Origin: Acidobacteriota bacterium
GTDB taxonomy: Bacteria > Acidobacteriota > UBA6911 > RPQK01 > JAJDTT01
Direction: 5' to 3'
Assembly (NCBI GenBank): GCA_965263035.1
Contig: OZ253580.1
Span: 2,336,001 to 2,400,000 of the forward strand
DNA: 64,000 bases
In this document: positions 19,078-27,457 of the stretch, piece after piece
Position numbering within the stretch: the first letter of the stretch is position 1
Layout of the letters: every line of letters starts with the position of its first letter
Notes under the pieces: model-generated
What the model was told of the DNA's origin: nothing
Database searches by the model: none
What the model saw: the letters and a program-made list of their open reading frames with translations, nothing else
Program-made: the position numbers and the translations under genes

Positions 19078-20819
19078 AGGGCACCCTGGCCGGCCTTGCC
19101 GCCGGATCGGGCCGTCTGACTCGGACTCGAGGCCAGAACCCGCCGCCGGGTTCCCAGGCCGCGGCCGCGGATGCCATCCAACTCTCCCCGAGGCATTTGG
19201 CGGCGGTGAACCGGCGGAGGCGGGTGGCCAAGAACTTCGATGTCCTCTTGGTGGACCCGGACCGGTACCCGAGCGTCGACGCCCTTCTGGAGCACAGGTT
19301 CGCGTTCATCGACGATCCCGGCTCCTGCATCGACAGCGTCTGGTGGAACTGGGGCGAAGGGAACGTGGTTCCCTATCCGAGCGAGTTCCTGCCCAGGTAC
19401 AACCAGCCCGGGTTCCAGCGTTGGCTCCGGGAAGGGGTGGACATCGTCCGAATCTTCCAGGACGAGACCCGAAAGCGGGGCCTGGAGGTGTTCTTCAGCC
19501 ACCGCATGAACGGGTCCGACAACGATCCCCAGTACATCCCCGGACGCGGCACCATCATGGACGACATGAGCCGGCAGAACCCCATCCCACTCAAGCAACA
19601 GCATCCCGACTGGCTCCTCCCGGCGCCCTGGAACCCCAACGGGTACTGGAACTACGCCGTTCAGGGGGTCCGCGACTACGTCTTCCGAAAAATGAAGGAG
19701 GTCGCCGAGGCGTATGAGTTTGACGGAATCGAGCTGGACTTCGCCCGAATGAGCATCCTCTTTCCGGAAGGCCGGGCCTGGGAAAACCGATCTCACCTGA
19801 CCGAGCTGATTCGAAGGCTGCGCCTCATGACGCTGCAGGTGGAGCGCCGCCGGGGACGCCCTTTCCTGCTGGCGGCGCGGGTTCCGGAGAACCTGATGGG
19901 ATGCCATTTCGACGGACTGGACGTGGAGACCTGGATCCGGGAACAGCTCCTGGACCTGGTGGTCCTGGGATGCAGGAACTTCCAGGTGGACGTGCCCGCC
20001 TTTCGAGCAGAGGTGGGAGACCGCCCCATCAAGCTCCTCTGCGCCCTGGACGAGCACCACGCCTCGGACGGTTACGCGGCCGCGCCCATCGAGGTGCTGC
20101 GGGGGGTCTGGTCCAACTGGTACCACCAGGGCGCCGACGGGCTTCAGTCCTTCAATTTCAAGTACGCTCCGGACCCCGGCGAACTGCACTGGCCCAAGCA
20201 CCGGCAGGCCTTCCGGGAGATGGGCGAACCCGGGAGGCTCCGCTTTCTGGACAAGACCTTCGTGGTCCAGCGCCGGGGCGGGGGTCACGGTCCCAGCGTC
20301 ATCCCCGACCCTCACGAGTGGACGACACCCACCCTCTTCTATTTCAACACCAATTTGATGGCCCCCCTGCCGGCGCCCCTGGACAACGCCGGGCGTACGG
20401 CGACGCTGCTCACCCTCTACGTGGGAGACGATGTTCCCGGCGTCTCGGACCGGGTCTCCCTCCTGCGGCTCAGGCTCCTGCTGAACGACCCGGAGGCGGC
20501 GGACGCGCCGGAAGCCGAGAAGATCACTCCGGTTCAGGTCCGGGACAGGATCGTTCCCGAACGCGTGGGCGGTCCTGGTCCGGCACCGATCCGGACCAGT
20601 CCCCCGCGGCGCGGCGTCGAGGACCGGATCCGCGTCCGTCTGAACAACCTCCCCCTGGGTCCGGGCAAGGTGCGCTCCGGTTGGCTGGAGTACCCGGTGC
20701 GGCCCAACCAACTGGCCGGCGGCGAGAATCTGGTGGACGTCCGGGTGACGGGACGGCCGACCGGATGTGTCTCGCCGATCCTGGTCGAGAAGCTGGAACT
20801 GGATGTGAAGTACGGGTGA
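19056..20819 (+). CDS. Tat-exported GHL10-like TIM-barrel protein
   Basis: AAGGAG RBS; FRRRFLK signal; FFSHRMN, WNYA..GVRD and DGIELDFAR motifs. Confidence 0.7.
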   Translation: MFRRRFLKGTLAGLAAGSGRLTRTRGQNPPPGSQAAAADAIQLSPRHLAAVNRRRRVAKNFDVLLVDPDRYPSVDALLEHRFAFIDDPGSCIDSVWWNWGEGNVVPYPSEFLPRYNQPGFQRWLREGVDIVRIFQDETRKRGLEVFFSHRMNGSDNDPQYIPGRGTIMDDMSRQNPIPLKQQHPDWLLPAPWNPNGYWNYAVQGVRDYVFRKMKEVAEAYEFDGIELDFARMSILFPEGRAWENRSHLTELIRRLRLMTLQVERRRGRPFLLAARVPENLMGCHFDGLDVETWIREQLLDLVVLGCRNFQVDVPAFRAEVGDRPIKLLCALDEHHASDGYAAAPIEVLRGVWSNWYHQGADGLQSFNFKYAPDPGELHWPKHRQAFREMGEPGRLRFLDKTFVVQRRGGGHGPSVIPDPHEWTTPTLFYFNTNLMAPLPAPLDNAGRTATLLTLYVGDDVPGVSDRVSLLRLRLLLNDPEAADAPEAEKITPVQVRDRIVPERVGGPGPAPIRTSPPRRGVEDRIRVRLNNLPLGPGKVRSGWLEYPVRPNQLAGGENLVDVRVTGRPTGCVSPILVEKLELDVKYG

Positions 20820-20820
20820 G

Positions 20821-20859
20821 TTGACAGTTCTGTATCTAAATTGGATACTATCGTATCCA
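20821..20859 (+). promoter_or_regulatory. Sigma70-like promoter with overlapping palindromic operator
   Basis: TTGACA (20821-20826), 19-bp spacer, TACTAT (20846-20851); inverted repeat TGGATAC-N4-GTATCCA. Confidence 0.6.
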
Positions 20860-21890
20860 TGCGAAACAGTCTGTCCCGCCGCCGTCGCCGCCTGGACTGG
20901 TCCCAGCAGGAGCTGGCCCGGCGCTCCGGCCTCTCCCGCGCCGCCATCAGCGCCGTCGAGACGGGACGGGTCATTCCTTCCACGGCAGCCGCACTCTCGC
21001 TGGCCCGCGCTTTCGACTGCTCCGTGGAGGAACTCTTCAGCCTGGGAGAGATCGACGGACGGCGCGTTCGCTGGGCCTGGGAGCCCCGGCGCCAACGCGG
21101 ACGATTCTGGCAGGCGAGAGTCGGCGGCAAGACTCTGGTCTTTCCCACCGAGTGGACGCTGGCGGGCAGCCTGCGCCACGACGGCGTCTACGGAGAGAAG
21201 AACCTCGAGCTGACCCGGACCTCGGATCCGGAGAAGACCCTGGTCCTCGCCGGGTGTGACCCGTCGGTGGGTCTGCTCTCCGCCCACGTTCGGGCCGATT
21301 GCGGTCTGCGGGTCCTTCCCCTGATCCGCTCCAGCCGGGAAGCGATCCGGCTTCTGGCACGGGGCCTGGTGCATGCCGCCGGCCTTCATTTCGACCATGC
21401 CGAGAACCTCCGCGCGTCCCGTGAGGCCCTGGGCGAGAACTTCCACCTCGTCCGCGTGGCACGCTGGGAGGCGGGCGTGGCTCTGGACCCGGCTCAGAAG
21501 GCCGTTTCGATCCGGGAAGTCCTGGCCTCGAACCTGCGCTGGGTCGGCCGCGAAGAGGGTTCGGCGGCCCGGCAATGCCTGGATCAGATCCTGGGATCGG
21601 GGGAGAAGCCCACCGGCTACCACCACACGGCCCGCGATCATCACGGAGTCAGCGAGACCATTCGGACCGGCTGGGCCCAGGCCGGGATCTGCGTCCGCCT
21701 GCCGGCACAGGAACGGGGCCTGCGCTTCCTCAAGGTCCGGGAGGAGAGCTACGACCTGTGCTACCGGGCCGACCTGGAGTCCACGCTTCCCATACGGAGT
21801 CTCGTGGAGGTCCTCCGCTCCCGGTCCTATCGATACGATCTGCAGCAACTTCCCGGCTACGAAGCCGTCGGCGCCGGCGACCGGATATAG
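20859..21890 (+). CDS. XRE HTH plus periplasmic-binding-like (PBP_like) molybdate regulator
   Basis: SQQELARRSGLSRAAISAVETG HTH; LAGCDP, SSREA, HAAGLH and REEGSAAR motifs; upstream of modABC. Confidence 0.85.
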   Translation: MRNSLSRRRRRLDWSQQELARRSGLSRAAISAVETGRVIPSTAAALSLARAFDCSVEELFSLGEIDGRRVRWAWEPRRQRGRFWQARVGGKTLVFPTEWTLAGSLRHDGVYGEKNLELTRTSDPEKTLVLAGCDPSVGLLSAHVRADCGLRVLPLIRSSREAIRLLARGLVHAAGLHFDHAENLRASREALGENFHLVRVARWEAGVALDPAQKAVSIREVLASNLRWVGREEGSAARQCLDQILGSGEKPTGYHHTARDHHGVSETIRTGWAQAGICVRLPAQERGLRFLKVREESYDLCYRADLESTLPIRSLVEVLRSRSYRYDLQQLPGYEAVGAGDRI

Positions 21891-21894
21891 CTAG

Positions 21895-21998
21895 GAGTCT
21901 GCGCGGTAGAAATGATCGTAGCGAGAAAGTGGGGAATCGAGGAAATATGGACCGATTCTACCGCTTTCGCAGTAGATCGATTTCTGCGGCGCAGGCTC
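21895..21998 (+). mobile_element. MITE-A copy 3, internally deleted (104 bp)
   Basis: Both ends intact; CTAG/CTAG flanks; 55 bp missing between AATCGAGG and AAATATGG. Confidence 0.9.
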
Positions 21999-22018
21999 CT
22001 AGGGCAGCGCAACCTCTC

Positions 22019-22879
22019 ATGCAGAAACGCTCCCTCCCGACCTGCTTCCGTGTCGTTGCCGCAGTACTAATGGTGGCCGCGGCGGCCGCCTGCGGCGCCC
22101 GTGAAGGGAGTCCACCCTCCGTCCTCTTTTTCGCGGCGGCCAGCACCCAGGAAGCTGTCCGGGAGATCTGCAGCCGCTTCGAGGCCCGAAGCCAGGTGCC
22201 GGTGACCCTCAACTTCGCCGCCTCGTCGACCCTGGCGCAACAGATTCTGGCCGGCGCCGGAAGCGACCTCTTCCTCTCCGCCAACGTTCGATGGGTGGAG
22301 GAGGTCATGACGCAGGGCCTGGGTTCCCGGCGGCGGGATCTGTTGGGAAACAAGCTCGTAGTCATCGCCCCGGCGGCGAGCAGCCTCCAGATTCGGAAAC
22401 CGTCGGACCTGCTGGATTCAAGAGTCGCCCGGCTGAGTCTGGCCGATCCCGAGGGCGTCCCGGCAGGAATCTATGCCCGGGAGGCCCTGATGCGCCTCGA
22501 CCTGTGGCGGTCTCTCGAACCCAAGGTGGTGCGCACTTCCGACGTCCGCCAAGCCCTGTTCTTCGTCGAGCAGGGAGAGGTGGAGGCCGGTATCGTCTAC
22601 TCCACCGACCTGCGCATCTCGGAAGCGGTTCGATCCGTCCTGGAACTGGACCCCACCTTGAGTCGGCCCATCGTGTACCCATTGGTCCTCTTGGAATCTC
22701 CCGGCGAGGCGGCCAGACGCTTTTTCGAATACCTCCTCTCGCCCGAATCCGTTGAGGTCTTTCGACGTTACGGGTTTTCGATCCTTCAAGACCAGGCGAC
22801 CAGACTACAGTCCGGGCTTCCGGCCGACCGGCAACCTCCCGTAAAGGCGGATGGAACGACAACGGGAGTCCCATGCTGA
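22019..22879 (+). CDS. modA: Molybdate ABC transporter substrate-binding lipoprotein
   Basis: AAAC lipobox; FAAAS, FAASSTLAQQI, DLFLSAN, VPAGIYA and GIVYSTD motifs. Confidence 0.92.
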   Translation: MQKRSLPTCFRVVAAVLMVAAAAACGAREGSPPSVLFFAAASTQEAVREICSRFEARSQVPVTLNFAASSTLAQQILAGAGSDLFLSANVRWVEEVMTQGLGSRRRDLLGNKLVVIAPAASSLQIRKPSDLLDSRVARLSLADPEGVPAGIYAREALMRLDLWRSLEPKVVRTSDVRQALFFVEQGEVEAGIVYSTDLRISEAVRSVLELDPTLSRPIVYPLVLLESPGEAARRFFEYLLSPESVEVFRRYGFSILQDQATRLQSGLPADRQPPVKADGTTTGVPC

Positions 22880-23559
22880 CCGAACCGGAGTGGAACGCCG
22901 TGGTGACGAGCCTAAAGGTGGCCACCGCTTCCGTGGCCCTGGGCCTGCCGTTCGCCATCGGCCTGGGCTACTTCCTGGCTCGCTGGAGGTCGGCCGGCAA
23001 GTGGATCGTGGAGACGGTGGTAAACCTTCCCCTGGTGTTGCCGCCGGTGGTCACCGGCTACCTGCTCCTGCGTCTGATGGGACGAAACGGTCCCTTGGGC
23101 CAACTGCTGGACGAGTGGCTGGGTTGGCGCGTCATTTTCACCTGGTACGGCGCGGTGGCTGCGGGCGCCATCGTGAGCTTTCCGCTGATGGTCCGTACGA
23201 TTCGGGTTTCCTTCCGGAGCGTGGACACTCGCCTGGAGGAAGCTGCCCGAAGTCTGGGCCGGAGCCGTCTTTCCACCTTCTACCGGGTCAGCCTTCCGCT
23301 GGCCCTGCGGGGAATCGTGGCCGGCTCGGTCCTGGGCTTCGCTCGAACCCTGGGCGAGTTCGGCGCCACCATCATGGTGGCCGGCAACATTCCGGGACAG
23401 ACCCAGACCATTCCCACCGCCATCTACTCCCTGGTTCAGAGCCCGGGAGGAGTGGAGCGGAGCACCCGCCTGCTGCTGGTATCGATCCTGCTGGCCTGCG
23501 TCACGCTGGCGGCCAGCGAGATCCTGGAACGGAGGCGAGAACGCCATGAGTTATCTTGA
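22873..23559 (+). CDS. modB: Molybdate ABC transporter permease
   Basis: LPLVLPPVVTGY, LEEAARSLG and FARTLGEFGAT motifs. Confidence 0.95.
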   Translation: MLTEPEWNAVVTSLKVATASVALGLPFAIGLGYFLARWRSAGKWIVETVVNLPLVLPPVVTGYLLLRLMGRNGPLGQLLDEWLGWRVIFTWYGAVAAGAIVSFPLMVRTIRVSFRSVDTRLEEAARSLGRSRLSTFYRVSLPLALRGIVAGSVLGFARTLGEFGATIMVAGNIPGQTQTIPTAIYSLVQSPGGVERSTRLLLVSILLACVTLAASEILERRRERHELS

Positions 23560-24214
23560 CTTCCAGGCCAGCCACCGATTCTCCACCGGATTCCGTCTCC
23601 AGGCCGAGTTCGAGACGGACCAGTTGGTGACGGCTCTCTGCGGCCCCTCCGGAAGCGGGAAGACGACGATTCTGGAGATGATCGCGGGACTGAAGCAGCC
23701 CCAGCGGGGTCGTATCGAAGTCGGCCGCAAGGTGGTCCTGGATCGGCAGCGGCGAATCATGGTGCCGCCCGAGCGGCGGCGAATCGGGTTCGTCTTCCAG
23801 GATCGCCGGCTCTTTCCCCATCTCACCGTGGGGCGAAACCTGCAGTTCGGTCAGGGTCCGAAGGAGCCGCCGGGAACCGGGATCCGGTTCGACCGGCTGG
23901 TGGAGGTCCTGGATCTGGGGCACCTGCTGAAACGCTATCCCCGCAACCTTTCGGGCGGGGAGCAGCAACGGGTGGCGTTGGGCCGGGCCCTGCTGATCCA
24001 CCCGGAATTCCTGCTCCTGGACGAACCCACGGCCGCCCTGGACGAACCCCTGCGGGACCGCATCCTGGACTACATCGCGCGGGTCATCGAGGAGTGGCGG
24101 ATCCCCACCCTGATCGTGAGTCACGTCCGGGAGGCCGTCCTCCGGCTGGCCAGCCGAACCATCCTGCTGAAACAGGGCAGAATCGTGTCTTCCGGCTCGG
24201 CGTCGTTACTGTAG
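23546..24214 (+). CDS. modC: Molybdate ABC transporter ATPase (short form, no TOBE domain)
   Basis: GPSGSGKT, LSGGEQQR and LLLDEP motifs. Confidence 0.92.
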   Translation: MSYLDFQASHRFSTGFRLQAEFETDQLVTALCGPSGSGKTTILEMIAGLKQPQRGRIEVGRKVVLDRQRRIMVPPERRRIGFVFQDRRLFPHLTVGRNLQFGQGPKEPPGTGIRFDRLVEVLDLGHLLKRYPRNLSGGEQQRVALGRALLIHPEFLLLDEPTAALDEPLRDRILDYIARVIEEWRIPTLIVSHVREAVLRLASRTILLKQGRIVSSGSASLL

Positions 24215-24366
24215 AAGAGGACGAAAACGGCCGGGCCTGAAGTGAGGAATCAAGAACTCCCCTCTCCCTCGCTGCAACCGCCGTTTCGCAAGATCGACTC
24301 TTTGGGACAATGGCGTATACTAGCGGATACGAACATCGCTCGAACGTGCTTTCCAAGGAGATCGTT

Positions 24367-24987
24367 ATGAAATCTCTCCCCGAGGGCTACTTCGCCGCAC
24401 GAGGCCTCCGCGAAACTTCATTTGAATCGCTGAACCAGGCCCTGATGATCGTTCTCGAACAGATGGAGACGACTGTCTATGGCGACGCCACTCAGGAACT
24501 GACGGCCGCGGAGCAAGCCGTCCTTCGTCAAGGCGGTTTGACCCTGGAACCCCAGCCGGGACCGGATCCACTGGCCAAAACCGTCGTCAAATATGCCGCC
24601 ATCGTCGCACGGAGCCTCTCCAGCAAGGCCGTGAGCCGCAGGCTCGGACTGAGCCCGGGCCGGATTCGGCAGATGATCGCCGAGCGATCCCTGTACAGTT
24701 TCCTGATTGGCCGCCACAGGTACATTCCGGATTTCCAGTTCCAGGGTAACCGGTTGGTGCCCAATATCGCGGCAGTCAACAAGGCGCTCCCGCATGATCT
24801 GCACCCTGTCGAGGTGTACAACTGGTATCACCTGCCGAACCTCAATCTGTTCCTCGATGAGAACATCGATGACACCGTCAGACCCCTGGATTGGCTGAAG
24901 GGAGGATACGACGCTGAGCGGGTGGTGTTCCTCGCCAACAGCATGGACGGGCAACATGGCCAAGCTTCCCAGGACACCAGACCGTGA
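24367..24987 (+). CDS. Putative antitoxin of RES toxin (HTH plus C-terminal PLDWL domain)
   Basis: AAGGAG RBS; VSRRLGLSPGRIRQ HTH; PDFQF..PLDWL; overlaps the RES gene. Confidence 0.75.
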   Translation: MKSLPEGYFAARGLRETSFESLNQALMIVLEQMETTVYGDATQELTAAEQAVLRQGGLTLEPQPGPDPLAKTVVKYAAIVARSLSSKAVSRRLGLSPGRIRQMIAERSLYSFLIGRHRYIPDFQFQGNRLVPNIAAVNKALPHDLHPVEVYNWYHLPNLNLFLDENIDDTVRPLDWLKGGYDAERVVFLANSMDGQHGQASQDTRP

Positions 24988-25594
24988 ATATCTCCGACGA
25001 CTTCCTCCCAGCCTGATTTCCCTACCCACCGGGACCCTGCTACACCGAATTTACCGGCGCGGCGGTGACCATCCGGCCCAATGGCCCGATTTCAGACATT
25101 TTGGACCTACTGTCGCTCGCTTCGATCATCAAGAGCGCGACGGCACGGGCCGAGCACACGTCCACACGCGGGGAATCCTCTATCTTGCCACCGATGTTCC
25201 GACCGCATTGGCGGAAGTCTTTCAGAAACGACGCACCGTCAATCGGACCCGTCTGCAGCCCTGGCTGGTGTCGTTCACGCTGGCCAACGACCTGTCACTG
25301 CTCGACCTGACGGGCACTTTCTGCGTCCGAGCCGGAGGTTCCATGAAACTGGTCAGCGGACCGCCCATCTTCGCACAAAACTGGTCGCGTGCATTGTACG
25401 AATGCTACGAGGACATTCATGGCCTCTACTACCCCTCTTCCCTTACCAACCGGCCTGTGATCGCACTCTACGAACGCGCCCTCTCCGTCATTCCGTTCCC
25501 GGATACGCCCGTCTTCCACCGCGAGTTGAGCAGTGCCCTGCTGATTGAACCTTTGCGAGACGCATGCCAGGAAATCGGTTACGACTTCTTCTGA
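24956..25594 (+). CDS. RES domain toxin (NAD+ phosphorylase family)
   Basis: R (LHRIY), E (ALAEVF) and S (GLYYPSS) signature; ARFDH motif. Confidence 0.88.
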   Translation: MAKLPRTPDREYLRRLPPSLISLPTGTLLHRIYRRGGDHPAQWPDFRHFGPTVARFDHQERDGTGRAHVHTRGILYLATDVPTALAEVFQKRRTVNRTRLQPWLVSFTLANDLSLLDLTGTFCVRAGGSMKLVSGPPIFAQNWSRALYECYEDIHGLYYPSSLTNRPVIALYERALSVIPFPDTPVFHRELSSALLIEPLRDACQEIGYDFF

Positions 25595-25606
25595 TCGGTG
25601 ACGGCG

Positions 25607-25632
25607 GTAGGTGCGCCTCCTCGGGAGGTGCC
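25607..25632. terminator. GTAG-headed hairpin between convergent genes (REP or terminator)
   Basis: GCGCCTCC-TCG-GGAGGTGC stem. Confidence 0.4.
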
Positions 25633-25644
25633 GTATCGGAAGGG

Positions 25645-27318
25645 TCATTCTGACTGAAACTGGAAGGAATAGAACTTGCCGTTGCGCAGGTGGAAACGGA
25701 GTTGCACCGGCTGGCCGGCCAGATTCGACAGGTCGGCCGATCCACCCCAGGAAATCGGCTGGCCGGCCACGGTGCGGGTGACCGGTTCCATATCCTCCAG
25801 ACCGTAGCCCTCCAGTGGTTCACCGTCGGAGTCCAGCACCTCCACCCGCAGGGACGAATGGTGGTCCACACCGGCCGAGCCCTTCTGTGAGTCCTCGAAG
25901 CTCACCAGCAGTCGGTTTCCCTCGAAGATCAGGGGACGGGTGATCATCGTCCCCGGATTGGGACCGGCGTCCAGCGAGACGAAGCCGTCCAGGGGTAGGG
26001 TGGCCAGACCCACCGCCGCCTCGGCGTTCTCCCCTTCCGCAAGGAGGTCCTCCACGCCGTGGCGCCAGTTGACACCCAGGTAGTAGAACCAGATCTTGCC
26101 GTCGTGCACAAGCGGCTGCCGGACGTAGACGCACCCGTCGTCCCAGGTGCCGTTGGCCCCCAAGGGAATGTAGGGACCACGGTCCGGGAGGCGCTGGAAC
26201 TCACGGCCGTCGCGGCTGTAGGCGAAATGGCTCTCCATGGTCAGACTATTGGTCCGGAACGCCCAGGGAAAGCCGAGGTAGATTCCTTCGTAGAGCAGTG
26301 CCGGCATGCCGTAGAACTGAAGGTCCACCGGATCCACCGAATCGGGAATCAGGGCCGGCTCGATGGGAGACCAGTGGATGAAATCTTCGCTCGCCGAGAA
26401 CCCGATGGTCCGCTTCCGGATTCGGCCCGCGCGGGGCGCCAGTTGATCCGGCGTATGGGAGGGCAGGCTGGCGGCTCTCACTTCGGGTGGAATGCCGTCG
26501 TAGGCGGCGACGGCCTCCCCGTAGTCCTTCCATCCCGGCCGCAGATAGGCCACGTACTTCTTCCGGGAAGGGTCCCAGCCCAAGACGGTGTGGGTGTCGC
26601 TCGTCCCCACCATGACCGGGTTGCCCGGGTACTCTTTCCAATCCAGCCCGTCTGCAGAAAAGTAGAGGCAGATGCCCGTCTGTCCGTTCGCCGCCCGGGC
26701 GTACCCCAGGGCCTTGTAGCGGCGGGCCGGATCCTGCTCACGATGGTCCCGGAACGCGTTGGGCGCACGGCCCGAGTTGTAGAGTCCGCCTTCGGAGCGG
26801 ACCGACATGTCTGAAATGATGTTGTTGCGGTTCGAGCCCTCGAACTCCGCCAGGCCCAGTTCGGGTCTTTCCCAGTGAACCCCGTCGCGGGAGACGGCAT
26901 AGCAGGTAAGATCCAGTTCCTCCCGATAATTGCTGGCCCGAAGCAGACTCTCATACTCCTCCAGCGGTCCGGAAGGCCGCTGGGCCGTGATCAGGCTGGG
27001 GACGTACCACATCTTGAAGAGGACGTCCTCGGGATCGTAGATGACGGAACTCACGGAGGCGAAGTTCCCTTCCCACTTGCGCTCCGGCCTCAACACCGGT
27101 CCTCCCGGATGCTTGACCGGCCGGTTCAGGACTCGGGAGATGGACGCCGTGGACTCCACGACGTGGTCGTCGATGAAAAGCTGCTTGCCGGCACCGATGC
27201 GGATCGGCTCCCGTTCGGGAGACGGGTGCGACGAACATCCGGCCAGTCCAGCCACGATGAGCCCGAGGGCAGCCGCCAGAAAAGGGTTCCCCAAATTGCT
27301 TCTCCCGTTACAGGTCAT
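25645..27318 (-). CDS. Lipoprotein with glycosidase-like five-bladed beta-propeller
   Basis: LAGC lipobox; QLFIDD; Asp-boxes SRDGVHW and SADGLDW; LATLPLDGFVSL; paralog of 51805-53298. Confidence 0.75.
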   Translation of the reverse strand: MTCNGRSNLGNPFLAAALGLIVAGLAGCSSHPSPEREPIRIGAGKQLFIDDHVVESTASISRVLNRPVKHPGGPVLRPERKWEGNFASVSSVIYDPEDVLFKMWYVPSLITAQRPSGPLEEYESLLRASNYREELDLTCYAVSRDGVHWERPELGLAEFEGSNRNNIISDMSVRSEGGLYNSGRAPNAFRDHREQDPARRYKALGYARAANGQTGICLYFSADGLDWKEYPGNPVMVGTSDTHTVLGWDPSRKKYVAYLRPGWKDYGEAVAAYDGIPPEVRAASLPSHTPDQLAPRAGRIRKRTIGFSASEDFIHWSPIEPALIPDSVDPVDLQFYGMPALLYEGIYLGFPWAFRTNSLTMESHFAYSRDGREFQRLPDRGPYIPLGANGTWDDGCVYVRQPLVHDGKIWFYYLGVNWRHGVEDLLAEGENAEAAVGLATLPLDGFVSLDAGPNPGTMITRPLIFEGNRLLVSFEDSQKGSAGVDHHSSLRVEVLDSDGEPLEGYGLEDMEPVTRTVAGQPISWGGSADLSNLAGQPVQLRFHLRNGKFYSFQFQSE

Positions 27319-27457
27319 GCGGCCCAGTCTATCGCGCCAACGTGTCCGGAGGTGGAAGCCGGGATGGGAACAGAGGGCATCGTTCCGATCGCTGGGAAAA
27401 GCGTGACGCCCTTGCCACGGGCCGGCGAGCATGTTGGCATTGAACCGAGGTGATTCC

